Numbered from the stretch's first letter, positions 46,334 to 55,266 are shown. The stretch is DNA of 59,644 nt from Pseudomonadales bacterium (GCA_022360555.1 JAKSCQ010000179.1:1-59644); one strand, 5' to 3'. The notes: a model not told the origin generated them from the sequence alone. Numbers and translations: made by a program.

Positions 46334-47230
46334 TTAGTGGTCCGCCAGAATTTCAGCAACAAACTGGTCCGGGTTTTCGGCCAGGCGATATTCAACGCCC
46401 ACTCTTGCTGCCGCAAACTCCAGTTCGTCGGTATAGGCCAGTAGCCTGTCTTCCTGTTTATCCTTGAGTGTTTTCTGTGGCACCCACAGGCCCATCATCA
46501 GCTTGTCACGATGATGATCGATGTGCATTTCTCTCAAGGCGTTGAGTTGCATGATCTTGCGCAGGGCGACATCCCGTTGCTGGGAGTGGCCCGGTGATGA
46601 GGTGTCAAGGCTGGCGAAGTTCATGGCAAGGTGGGTGCCCAGGTACGACATCTTGGTGGAAGACTTACCGTACAGCGATACCTTGGCATTAAAGCGTGAT
46701 TTGTAGGTTTCTCTTACGGCGGTGACTTTACGGATGATGGTGCTGTGGAATTCGGACAGTGCACGCTCTGAATTGCTCTCTTCGTCGGCTTTTGCCTTGC
46801 GCTTGGCGCTGAAAATGGAGGCGTTTTTCAGTGCAGAATCTTTGATGGCGGCCACGCTGGTGTTTTTGGTGGTTACCGTTTTGCCCGGGTACACCCCTTC
46901 AACAGCGGATGACCAGGCCTCCAGCTTGCCCCCGGTGTGAAGGAAGGCCTGAAGTTCGCCCAGCACGGTGGAGGCCAGTGAGAACAGGTGCTTGCCGTAT
47001 TGGCCAAATACCTCTGCGAGGGCATCGTGGTTGAGCGCGTTGATGACCAGGGGGCGTTCACCGTTGGCGGGAACGATGGCTACGCCCACGGTGATGCGCT
47101 CTCCAGAGAAGGTGATAGGCTCGATATGCACTGGCATCCACTGGGCGCCAATAAGCTCATGCTGCGGGCGCCCTTTGTTCAGTGCGTCTGCGGCGGAAAG
47201 GGCAGTTGGTGAATTCCCAGCCGTTGGCAT
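46334..47230 (-). CDS. Kinase-partner protein (DUF3037-like N-terminus)
   Basis: EPITFSGERITVGVA resembles the DUF3037 N-terminal motif; overlaps the kinase 3' end. Confidence 0.6.
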   Translation of the reverse strand: MPTAGNSPTALSAADALNKGRPQHELIGAQWMPVHIEPITFSGERITVGVAIVPANGERPLVINALNHDALAEVFGQYGKHLFSLASTVLGELQAFLHTGGKLEAWSSAVEGVYPGKTVTTKNTSVAAIKDSALKNASIFSAKRKAKADEESNSERALSEFHSTIIRKVTAVRETYKSRFNAKVSLYGKSSTKMSYLGTHLAMNFASLDTSSPGHSQQRDVALRKIMQLNALREMHIDHHRDKLMMGLWVPQKTLKDKQEDRLLAYTDELEFAAARVGVEYRLAENPDQFVAEILADH

Positions 47231-48015
47231 AGCAAGCTCACAGTGTGGTGGATTCGTGCCTGCAGGAAATTGATGATGTCCTGCCGGTCGGTTGATGGGT
47301 CTATTTTGGCGATATGGTCATCCATATCAAGCTCCTCCATCGCAACCTGCGAACATTTTGCAACTAGATCAGTGGCGTCCCTGATGACCTGGCGGCGCAT
47401 GGGTTCGTCCCACTGCTGCTGTGGCTCATCTACCAGCACATTATTGACAGAGACGGTGGGGTCATCGAGCCCCCATAAATCCCAGTAGCTGCCGGTAAGG
47501 GCTCTGCCGTGATCGATCAGCCAGCATTCCTGCTTGTCCGGGGCGTAAACAATGTTGCCCAGGTGTCGATCATCATTGGCGATCAGCTCATCGAAGGAGG
47601 CGGTTTCGTTCAGGTTGAAATTAGCGATAGCCCCGGAAAGGACCAGATCGCTTCCCTGAATGCAGCGTTCCAGGCTGTAGGTGCGCTTGCCGGCTTGTTT
47701 GCTGGCAAAACAGGCGATGGTCCCTGTGAATTGTGTGCTGATGTCTTCAGGGATGATGCTTGTATCTAAAATGGCGAGAAAAGGCCGGGGGATTTTCAGG
47801 CCGAGGGCGTGCCCCAGCTGTGATGACACCAATTCGGCGATGATCTTGCGGGGGTCGCTGGTGAGCTTTACATAACCAGTGACGGTTTTGCCGTTGGGGC
47901 GGAGCAGGTCGGCCTTGTAGGTCTCGGCATCTCTGCCTTCCGTGATTTGACCCAGAATCGTGACGACATCGACGATTTCAATAGGCTCAAGACTGGTCTG
48001 ATCTGAGTTTCTCAA
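47179..48015 (-). CDS. HipA-like (PI3/4-kinase fold) Ser/Thr kinase
   Basis: GYVK (ATP Lys), AELVSSQLGHALGLKIP, FDELIANDDRHLGN catalytic loop, LIDHG Mg-binding motif. Confidence 0.85.
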   Translation of the reverse strand: MRNSDQTSLEPIEIVDVVTILGQITEGRDAETYKADLLRPNGKTVTGYVKLTSDPRKIIAELVSSQLGHALGLKIPRPFLAILDTSIIPEDISTQFTGTIACFASKQAGKRTYSLERCIQGSDLVLSGAIANFNLNETASFDELIANDDRHLGNIVYAPDKQECWLIDHGRALTGSYWDLWGLDDPTVSVNNVLVDEPQQQWDEPMRRQVIRDATDLVAKCSQVAMEELDMDDHIAKIDPSTDRQDIINFLQARIHHTVSLLCQRLGIHQLPFPPQTH

Positions 48016-48433
48016 AGCGTTGGGCTATCCCTTCCAGTAACAAGATGTCTTCTTCTGTGAGACGGCCTTCCTTTGCCGCGTTTTCAATTCGATCCAGTGC
48101 AGCCACGGTTCGAGGCGTCGCTTTCCCTTTGAGTGATTGTAGGGCCGCAAGTTTTTGTTGAGGGCTCGCCTCGTTGTCTGACTCGTTGCCAGCAGAAGTG
48201 TTTGGTGTGCTTTGCAGGAGCACTCCGTCGAGGGTCCCGGGTGGAAGCCCTATCTTGTCTTCCATGTTTCGGGCGGATTTTTCGCCAAAAGCTCGGTGCC
48301 CGCTCAAAATTTGAGAGATGTAGCTCGCGTCTAAGCCGTACCGTCTAGCAAATTGGGCTTGAGAGCCGTGCTCCCGAACAAGATTTCGGAGAGCTTCAAC
48401 TCGGGCTTTGTGGGCGTAAGAGGCTGATTTCAT
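47987..48433 (-). CDS. cI: CI-like repressor (HTH only, no S24 peptidase domain)
   Basis: GSQAQFARRYGLDASYISQILSGHRAFGEKSARNMEDKIGLPPGTLD; divergent from cro. Confidence 0.85.
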   Translation of the reverse strand: MKSASYAHKARVEALRNLVREHGSQAQFARRYGLDASYISQILSGHRAFGEKSARNMEDKIGLPPGTLDGVLLQSTPNTSAGNESDNEASPQQKLAALQSLKGKATPRTVAALDRIENAAKEGRLTEEDILLLEGIAQRFEKLRSDQS

Positions 48434-48453
48434 ATCCCAATTCTCACCAACAT

Positions 48454-48506
48454 TTAGCAAAAGTAAATTACTGTCTGCTATTGTTCGTTCCATTAGCTCG
48501 TGCTAA
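48454..48506. promoter_or_regulatory. OR operator region
   Basis: TTAGCTCGTGCTAA at 48493-48506 matches the OL consensus; degenerate sites at 48454 and 48468. Confidence 0.7.
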
Positions 48507-48537
48507 TTTGTCCGGGTATGGATATGAGGGCTGTTCT

Positions 48538-48753
48538 ATGAACCCGATCAAAGAAGCGATTTCAGTACTAGGTGTCACCCAGAAAGAGTTTGCTGAGCGG
48601 CTGGGGGTGTCGGCCCCATTTATCAGCCAGATAGCTTCCGGGCTCCGGCGTGTACCTCCGGAGCTGTGTCAGGACATCGAAGATATGACGGGTGGGAAAG
48701 TGACCTGCCAGGCTTTGCGGCCTGATGTCTTCCGTGCCCCCAAGGCAGCCTGA
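48538..48753 (+). CDS. cro: Cro-like (YdaS family) regulator
   Basis: TQKEFAERLGVSAPFISQ...IEDMTGGKVT...LRPDVF. Confidence 0.88.
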   Translation: MNPIKEAISVLGVTQKEFAERLGVSAPFISQIASGLRRVPPELCQDIEDMTGGKVTCQALRPDVFRAPKAA

Positions 48754-48814
48754 CCATTCCAGATTAAGGGCAGGGCACCTGCCAGATAAGAGAAACCCGG
48801 GAGAGAGTTTCATC

Positions 48815-49312
48815 ATGTTGATTTCACGCATGAGCCGCGCTGAGCTGGCTCAGAATTCGTTGCCTGACCTGAAAACGGCGCTGGCCATGACGGCCAAGCG
48901 GCAGGGCCTTAAGAAGATCGCCGCCACCTACGACCTGCATCCGCAGGCGCTATACAACAACCTGAACCTGAATGACACCGAGCGAAATCCCACCCTGCAG
49001 CAGTTCGAGTTGATCACTGAGTATGCCCGTGACCATGGCGATCTGGACCAGATTCTGGATGCGCTGTCGTTGATTACCAGCTGTGTCTGGCTGCCGATGC
49101 CGGATGCGGAGAAGACCGGGCAAACGGAGCTGTTCAGCGAGGTGGCTGAACTGGTGAGCCGGGTGGGGCGGATGACCACCAATACCCGCGATGCGTTGGC
49201 TGATGGCCGGGTGGACCCTGATGAACTGGCTGTGCTGGAGAAAGATCTGCTGCGGTTGTTTCAGGCCGGGTTCCGCTTGGTGGAAGCGGCAAAGCTGTTT
49301 GGGGGTGAGTGA
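48815..49312 (+). CDS. Phage regulatory CII-family protein
   Basis: Follows cro; LYNNLN HTH-like region and ALADGRVDPDE motif. Confidence 0.7.
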   Translation: MLISRMSRAELAQNSLPDLKTALAMTAKRQGLKKIAATYDLHPQALYNNLNLNDTERNPTLQQFELITEYARDHGDLDQILDALSLITSCVWLPMPDAEKTGQTELFSEVAELVSRVGRMTTNTRDALADGRVDPDELAVLEKDLLRLFQAGFRLVEAAKLFGGE

Positions 49313-50373
49313 TGCAGGAGCCCTTGCCAATTCATGAGGCCGAGCAGGCCCTGCTGTATGTGAACCCGAATTGTGACCGTGATACCTGGTTTTCTGTTGC
49401 TGGTGCGCTGAAAAGTGAGTACGGCGATGGCGGGTGGGATTTGTTCGAGGGCTGGAGCCAGCAGGGCCAAAGCTATGACAAGAACGCCTGCAAGACGACT
49501 TGGCGCAGTGCGCAGCCGGGGCATTATTCCATTGGTACGCTGATCAAGCTGGCCACTGATGGTGGTTGGTCTCGCCCACGGCGGGAACTTTCCCTGGAAG
49601 AAAAGCGCGCCTTGAGCAAAGAGCAGGCTGACCGCCGCAAGGCGCGGCAGGCTGAGGTTGAGGCCGATGAAAAGCGCCGTGCTGCCATGCAAGAGGCTGT
49701 TAGTGAGGCTTGCCAGACGATCTGGCAGGAATATACCCGGTTGGTGGATGTGAAGGGCCAGCCGTACCTGAAGGCGAAAGGTGTGGGTGCTCACGGTATC
49801 CGTGAGGCGCGGCAGCCGGTGTTGCTGGTGGTGGATGATGCTGTTGGGCAATGCCGGGTGTTGGCCGGTAATGAGATCCGGCAGTTTTTCAGCACGGTGC
49901 CGAAGCCCCGGCCGGATTCGCTTTCTTATCTGAAGCTGGATTTCCGTGACCTGGTGGTGCCGATGATGGATGTCGCTGGGAAGCTGTGGTCTGTGCAGGT
50001 GATCAAGGGCACCGGTACCAAACTGTTCCCTCGCTATGGCCGAAAGAAGGGCTGTTTCCATGTGTTGGGCGAGGTGGGCAAGACTGAGCTGGTAGGCTTT
50101 TCTGAGGGCTATGCCACGTCTGCCTCTGTGTATGAGATGGGTACCGGCTGGCCGGTAGTGTGTTGTTTTGATTCCGGCAATATGCTGCCAGTGGGGCAAG
50201 CATTCCATGATGCTGGTTTGCTGACTGATAAGCACAAGGTGTGGGCCGCTGATAATGACAAGCCGAATCCGAAGACGGGTAAGTGCGCCGGCCAGGATGC
50301 GGCAGCGGCCTGCCAGGCGGCGCTGGGTGGTGTGGTGTATGTGCCACCGGCCCCGGTTGGGGAGGCGGCTTGA
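49309..50373 (+). CDS. DNA primase (PriCT-2 + Toprim, truncated before the DWND motif)
   Basis: DRDTWF.V..ALK...WS (PriCT-2), YL..KG, EGYAT, ADND. Confidence 0.85.
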   Translation: MMQEPLPIHEAEQALLYVNPNCDRDTWFSVAGALKSEYGDGGWDLFEGWSQQGQSYDKNACKTTWRSAQPGHYSIGTLIKLATDGGWSRPRRELSLEEKRALSKEQADRRKARQAEVEADEKRRAAMQEAVSEACQTIWQEYTRLVDVKGQPYLKAKGVGAHGIREARQPVLLVVDDAVGQCRVLAGNEIRQFFSTVPKPRPDSLSYLKLDFRDLVVPMMDVAGKLWSVQVIKGTGTKLFPRYGRKKGCFHVLGEVGKTELVGFSEGYATSASVYEMGTGWPVVCCFDSGNMLPVGQAFHDAGLLTDKHKVWAADNDKPNPKTGKCAGQDAAAACQAALGGVVYVPPAPVGEAA

Positions 50374-50442
50374 TGACATTGACTCGCGTTCAGTGCCGGG
50401 GCAAGGTTCCTGCTTCTAGTGTTGAGCAAGGGATCTGTTCTG

Positions 50443-50850
50443 ATGGAAAAAACATGCAGGGCCTGTGGGCATACTGCGGAGGTAGAGAGCGAATTTTCTG
50501 CATGCCCGCAGTGCGATCGGGTTTACGCAAAAACAGAAGCTGCCTACGAGCGGCAGCGGGAAGCGAAGTTGCAGGCGGCACAAGAGCGCCAGAAGGCGGA
50601 GAAAAGGGAGGCGCGTGCTGTTGCAAAGGTGCAGGCGGCGTTTCCTTCTGCTGGGAGTGGCAAGGCGGTGGTCCAGCCGGTGGCGCTGACTTCTGTGCAG
50701 TTGCCGTTTTGGCACCTGGTGTGGTTGCTGTTCAAGGTAATGCTGGCTTCACTGATTGTGACGCTGGTGCTGATGCCGGCTTTCCTGGGTGTGGTGTTCG
50801 CAGGACTCGCCATGTACGGGATGGTGATCGGGGATATGAATTCCGGTTGA
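50443..50850 (+). CDS. Zn-ribbon, coiled-coil and TM protein inserted between primase and helicase
   Basis: CRAC...CPQC, EQ/K-rich helix, long hydrophobic C-terminus. Confidence 0.7.
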   Translation: MEKTCRACGHTAEVESEFSACPQCDRVYAKTEAAYERQREAKLQAAQERQKAEKREARAVAKVQAAFPSAGSGKAVVQPVALTSVQLPFWHLVWLLFKVMLASLIVTLVLMPAFLGVVFAGLAMYGMVIGDMNSG

Positions 50851-50871
50851 TGCGTTCTAGTGGGGTGAGCA

Positions 50872-52326
50872 ATGGCTGACTCTACTTCTGATTGGAATGG
50901 TGACTGGAACGATTACATGCTGGCCCTGGGTAAGCGGGAGGCGCGCAAGCGGTTCCGGGCGGACTTGAAAGCCAGGCTGGCAGCGAATGACACCGGTGGC
51001 GAATCTTCTCCCGCGCCCACATCTGAAAAGCGCGGTCACGCGCGCGGGGGCGCGGGGGGTGGTGTCCACTGGAAGATCACCGAGATGATCAAGCACTGCA
51101 TGTTGGTGTACGGCACGGACATGGTGTGGGATTCGCGCAATCAGATTTATATGCGGTTGTCTCACCTGCGGCATGCGGTGGGGAGAGAACTGTTTAAAAG
51201 CTGGGAGGAAAGCCCCAGCCGCAAGATCGTGTATGGGCTGAAGTTCGAGCCGGGGCAGGATTTGGGCGCGGACTGGGTGAACCTGTGGAAGGGGTTTGCG
51301 GTGGAGCCTGACCCGAAAGGTGAGGCGGGCTGCCGCTTAATCATCGAGCACTTCTGGCGACTGTGCGGCCACCGGGCTGAGATGTTCGAGTGGTTAATGC
51401 GGTGGATTGCCTATCCGTTGCAGCACCCAGGCGCAAAGATGGATACCAGCGTGGTGATGTTCGGTGCCGAAGGCCCGGGTAAGAGTGCGGTATGGGAAAA
51501 CGTGGTGATGCCGATTTATGGCGACGCGGCGACGACAATTGGCCAGGCGCAGCTGGAGAGCCAGTTCACTGGGTGGCAAGCGGGGAAGTGCTTCGCACTG
51601 GCTGAAGAGGTTGTGAGCCGGGCGGAAAAGAGCCACTACAAGGGCCAGCTGAAACACCTGGTGACCGGCAAGACTGTCCGAATCAATGAGAAGCATGCGC
51701 CGGAGCGGGTGGAGTCGAACCACCTGAATGTTGTTTTCCTCTCCAATGAGACGGTGCCGCTGCTGTTGGATCAGGGGGACCGGCGTTACATGGTGCTGTA
51801 TGCCGATGATGTGCCGGGGGCCGATTATTTCCAGGCGTTGTTTCAGGAGATTAACAACGGTGGGGTGGCGTGTTTTTTTCGGTACTTGCTGGATCTGCCG
51901 TTGGGTGACTTTGGCACCTGGACGCGTCCGCCGCTGAATGAGGAAAAGGAAAGCCTGGTCGAAATGGGTATGAGTACGGCGCTGTACTTCCACAAGCTGT
52001 GGAAGGAGGGCGATTTGGGCTTGCCCTATGGTGCGGTGGCCACGGCGGATCTGTGGAAAGTTTTCGTGCGCTGGTGCGAGCGGAATAACGAATACAAGCG
52101 GCGGCAGCGCGATCTTGCGGCGGATTTGAAGCGGGTGATGAAGCCTGAGCGGCGAGACGTGAGGCTGCCAAAGCCGATGAGCCCGAAGCGCACGGTGAGG
52201 CTGTGGGTGCCTCCTGAGGTGTACAAGGGACGCGATATGCCCGGGTATCTGGAAACGCTGGGAGAGCAAGCGCGGGCGTTTTATGAGGCTGCTGTGGGTG
52301 AGTGGATCAATGATGGGGCGGGTTGA
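50872..52326 (+). CDS. SF3/D5-like helicase (DUF5906 type) with N-terminal DWND segment
   Basis: GAEGPGKS Walker A, AEE Walker B, LKHLVTG, SNE...DRRY. Confidence 0.88.
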   Translation: MADSTSDWNGDWNDYMLALGKREARKRFRADLKARLAANDTGGESSPAPTSEKRGHARGGAGGGVHWKITEMIKHCMLVYGTDMVWDSRNQIYMRLSHLRHAVGRELFKSWEESPSRKIVYGLKFEPGQDLGADWVNLWKGFAVEPDPKGEAGCRLIIEHFWRLCGHRAEMFEWLMRWIAYPLQHPGAKMDTSVVMFGAEGPGKSAVWENVVMPIYGDAATTIGQAQLESQFTGWQAGKCFALAEEVVSRAEKSHYKGQLKHLVTGKTVRINEKHAPERVESNHLNVVFLSNETVPLLLDQGDRRYMVLYADDVPGADYFQALFQEINNGGVACFFRYLLDLPLGDFGTWTRPPLNEEKESLVEMGMSTALYFHKLWKEGDLGLPYGAVATADLWKVFVRWCERNNEYKRRQRDLAADLKRVMKPERRDVRLPKPMSPKRTVRLWVPPEVYKGRDMPGYLETLGEQARAFYEAAVGEWINDGAG

Positions 52327-52336
52327 GGCTATGAAT

Positions 52337-52570
52337 CCGACAGCTAGACACATAAGCCGACAGCTGGCCGACGGCTGCGGCCCGCACCATTGCTGGCCTA
52401 GACACCTAGACACCTAAAAAGGGGGCTTGTGCGGGCGCGCGCACATGCGCATGCGTACACCCATTTTCATGTGTCTAGGTGTCTAGGTGTCGGATTTATA
52501 GATAAGTAATTTAAAAATCAATCAGTTAGGGCTAGACACCTAAACCGACAGCTAAAAGTTAGGTGTCGGA
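52337..52570. repeat. Iteron-like array, probable phage replication origin
   Basis: About 12 copies of a GACA(C/G)CT-type unit (TAGACACCTA / CCGACAGCT) in both orientations around an AT-rich stretch at about 52494-52527. Confidence 0.75.
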
Positions 52571-52625
52571 GGCTAAAGGCGCGGTGTTCCACGTTGAACA
52601 AACAGGAAATGGACAGGGGTGTGTT

Positions 52626-53222
52626 ATGAATCCGATCCGGTTGCTGGGAAAGATGACGGCCAAGGGGCTGCTGATCGATGGTTCTGGTTTTGGTGGCGGT
52701 TCTGTGTTGATTACTGCGCATGATGTGGCCGGGGCCATGGGCATGGGCAATCTTCCGGCTGAAGCTGAACTGGTGGGCCGGGCAAAGTTTTCTGATGACA
52801 ACCAGGCGCAGCTGGCGCTGGCCGGGTGGGTGCAATCGGAGTTTCGCCGCCAGTGCATGCGCAATGGCTGGAAGGCGGATTACTGTGAAGGGTTGGCGAC
52901 ACTGTGTGTGTTTGAGCTGGTTTACCCGATGCGTTGTAGCCACTGCATGGGCCGGGGCAAGACCTGGCAGCAAGAGCCTGAGCGATCGGATGATGGTGCG
53001 TTGCTACGCATGGCGGATCGCTGGGTGGCGTGCAAGCCCTGCAAGGGCACAGGGCAGAGTGTGCTGACGGTGCGTAATCGGGCGGCGATTGCGAAGATCA
53101 GCAAGAGTCGGTTCAGTGAAACCTGGGGGCCGCGTGCTGATGAGATGATGAAGACGCTTTTCTCGCTGGAAGAGAAGGTGCTGCGCCACCTTTGGCATCA
53201 GTTCGCTGATCGGGCGGCATGA
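52626..53222 (+). CDS. Late antiterminator Q-like protein with CxxCxGxG zinc motifs
   Basis: CSHCMGRG and CKPCKGTG; located just before the late promoter/terminator and lysis genes. Confidence 0.65.
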   Translation: MNPIRLLGKMTAKGLLIDGSGFGGGSVLITAHDVAGAMGMGNLPAEAELVGRAKFSDDNQAQLALAGWVQSEFRRQCMRNGWKADYCEGLATLCVFELVYPMRCSHCMGRGKTWQQEPERSDDGALLRMADRWVACKPCKGTGQSVLTVRNRAAIAKISKSRFSETWGPRADEMMKTLFSLEEKVLRHLWHQFADRAA

Positions 53223-53295
53223 GAGAATTTTAAAAAGATTACTCTTGACCTGTTGACGACCGGGACAAAAACCACCATCATTTTTCCATCGTGCA

Positions 53296-53330
53296 AAAAC
53301 CTGCCCTGAGCAATCTCGGCGGGTTTTTTT
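53296..53330 (+). terminator. tR'-like terminator before the lysis genes
   Basis: AAAACCTGCC...GGCGGGTTTTTTT; TTGAC boxes just upstream. Confidence 0.65.
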
Positions 53331-53429
53331 GTGCCTGTTATTCGAGCCCGCTGGTGTGATGCCTGCGGGCTTTTTTGTTTCTCCCGGTCCCGCTCCGGCG
53401 GGGCTTTCTATTTCTGCGGTGGGGGCTTT

Positions 53430-53777
53430 ATGCAAGACGATCCGGGGCTGCTGGCACAGTTGATCCAAGCCGGTGGCGACCTGGCGCGCCATGCGTGGGC
53501 TCTGGCCATGGGTACATGCGGGGCCATGCTTGGGTATGTTTACCGGCATTACCAGCAAGGTGAGGATGGTGACAAGGTGCGTCCGATTGACTGGTTGCGA
53601 ATGTTCCTGGAAGGGCTTACCTGCGGGTTTATTGCCGTGACTGTGTCCTACGGCCTTGAGGCTGCTGGTGCGCCGGTGGCCATGGGCAACTTCATTGGTG
53701 GATCGCTGGGCTTTGTCGGCACGAAAGCCGCCAGTGAGTGGGCCATCATGTTTGCCAAGAGGAAGACAGGCGGATGA
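53430..53777 (+). CDS. Phage holin
   Basis: Three hydrophobic segments, IGGSLGFVG, basic C-terminus; directly before the endolysin. Confidence 0.8.
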   Translation: MQDDPGLLAQLIQAGGDLARHAWALAMGTCGAMLGYVYRHYQQGEDGDKVRPIDWLRMFLEGLTCGFIAVTVSYGLEAAGAPVAMGNFIGGSLGFVGTKAASEWAIMFAKRKTGG

Positions 53778-54160
53778 TGGATTACCGGTTCAGTAAGCGA
53801 TCTATGGGCCACTTAGCCGAAGTGCATCCGCATCTTGCCATGGTGGCTGTACGAGCCTTGCAGTTGTCACCTGTTGATTTCGGGGTCACCGATGGAAAGC
53901 GGACGATGGCCGAGCAAAAGCAGGAAGTTGCTGAGGGCGACAGCCAGACCCTGAACAGTCGCCACCTGACCGGTCATGCCATCGACGTGATGGCGTATGT
54001 GGATGGGCAGGGCAGCTGGGAGTGGGAGGACTACGAACAGATTGGTGAAGCCTTCAAGGCTGCTGCTGATGAAATCGGTGTAGCGATCACTTGGGGCGGT
54101 GACTGGGAAAGCCTGCGGGATGGGCCGCACTTTGAACTGTCGTGGAGTGTGTACCCATGA
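53774..54160 (+). CDS. Endolysin, M15 family (L-Ala-D-Glu peptidase-like)
   Basis: FSKRS, G.RT..EQ, SRHLTGHAID, WGGDW...DGPHFEL. Confidence 0.9.
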   Translation: MMDYRFSKRSMGHLAEVHPHLAMVAVRALQLSPVDFGVTDGKRTMAEQKQEVAEGDSQTLNSRHLTGHAIDVMAYVDGQGSWEWEDYEQIGEAFKAAADEIGVAITWGGDWESLRDGPHFELSWSVYP

Positions 54161-54693
54161 GCCCGGCCACGATTCGCGGGATCGCTATTCTGGTGGCGGT
54201 TGCGGTGATCTTCGGTGCGGGGCTGCTTTCTGGTCGCGCCATGGTTGGGAGGACCTTTGCCGAGTACCGCGAAGACGTGGCGCTGGATGCGCTGGTAGAC
54301 CAGGCTCACTTCACCGTCGAGCAGAACAAGTTGAACACAAAGCTGGCTGACCTGAGCCAGCGACACCAACAGGAGAAAGCCCGTGCTGAAGCTGCTGAGA
54401 GCGAGCTGCTTGCTGATGTGCAGTCTGGTGCTCGTGGCCTGTCAGTCATCACCAACGGTTGTGAGGCCGCCACACCGGCCACCACCGGAAGCCTGGATGA
54501 TGCAGCCCCGCGAACCGAACTTGACCCAGCGCATGCTGGACGAATTGTCACCATCACCCAGGACGGAGACGATGGACTCCGAGCGTTGAATGCGCTGCAG
54601 GATTATGTGTGCACGGTTTGTCAGCCAGAAGGAGCGGGCTGGTCATTTTGTGGCCGTGATGGCCGGGCGCGGGTCCTTCCCGGGATCGAGTGA
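54157..54693 (+). CDS. Rz-like i-spanin
   Basis: N-terminal TM, coiled coil, ELDP...I...GD....L.ALQDY. Confidence 0.8.
   Translation: MSPATIRGIAILVAVAVIFGAGLLSGRAMVGRTFAEYREDVALDALVDQAHFTVEQNKLNTKLADLSQRHQQEKARAEAAESELLADVQSGARGLSVITNGCEAATPATTGSLDDAAPRTELDPAHAGRIVTITQDGDDGLRALNALQDYVCTVCQPEGAGWSFCGRDGRARVLPGIE
54383..54589 (+). CDS. Rz1-like o-spanin lipoprotein embedded in Rz
   Basis: LVAC lipobox then a Pro-rich segment (RPPHRPPPEAWMMQP), +1 frame inside Rz. Confidence 0.75.
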   Translation: MLKLLRASCLLMCSLVLVACQSSPTVVRPPHRPPPEAWMMQPREPNLTQRMLDELSPSPRTETMDSER

Positions 54694-54715
54694 ATACGGG
54701 GGCGCGGAGCGCGGG
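54671..54715 (+). promoter_or_regulatory. Lambda-like cos site (cosQ + cosN)
   Basis: GGGTCCT ... TACG-GGGGCGCGGAG-CGCGGG versus lambda GGGTCCT ... TACG-GGGCGGCGACCT-CGCGGG; directly before terS. Confidence 0.65.
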
Positions 54716-54777
54716 TTGTTTGTAGATCTGCGGCTCCATAGGGGGTTGTGGTTGTTCCCCGGGTTTTGGGTGATTTC

Positions 54778-55266
54778 ATGGATATTGATTCTCAGGTCAG
54801 TGCTTCGGCGTTTGGCAGGCTGGTGAATATCAGCCAGCAGGCGGTAAGCAAGCATGTGGCCGATGGCCACCTGAGAAAGGGCGGAACTCTGGCTGAGTGG
54901 CTGTTCGATTACTGCGAACACCTGCGGGTGCAGGCTGCTGGCCGTGGCGGTGACAAGCAGGCCGATCTGGCCGCAGCGAAGACAGAAGAGGCACAGGTGA
55001 AGGCGGCTCTGGGGCGCCTGGCTTACAACGAGAAGCTGGGCACCTTGGTGATTGCTGAAGATGCGGCACAAGCCGTTGTGAACTGGGCCGCTTATGCAAA
55101 CCGGGAAATTCGTGGCGCGGTTGAACGGCTGCGCCAGGCACTGGAAAAGGAGCATGGTATCTCCATTGATGCCAGCACATTGAGCGATGTCGTTGAACCT
55201 GCAATCGAGCGAATTGGTGAGTTTGCGGGCGACGTTGCGGAAGGTCTTACTGACAGCAGCGAGTAA
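54778..55266 (+). CDS. Terminase small subunit (Nu1-like)
   Basis: N-terminal wHTH (SASAFGRLVNISQQAVSK), AAGR, coiled coil; upstream of terL. Confidence 0.85.
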   Translation: MDIDSQVSASAFGRLVNISQQAVSKHVADGHLRKGGTLAEWLFDYCEHLRVQAAGRGGDKQADLAAAKTEEAQVKAALGRLAYNEKLGTLVIAEDAAQAVVNWAAYANREIRGAVERLRQALEKEHGISIDASTLSDVVEPAIERIGEFAGDVAEGLTDSSE

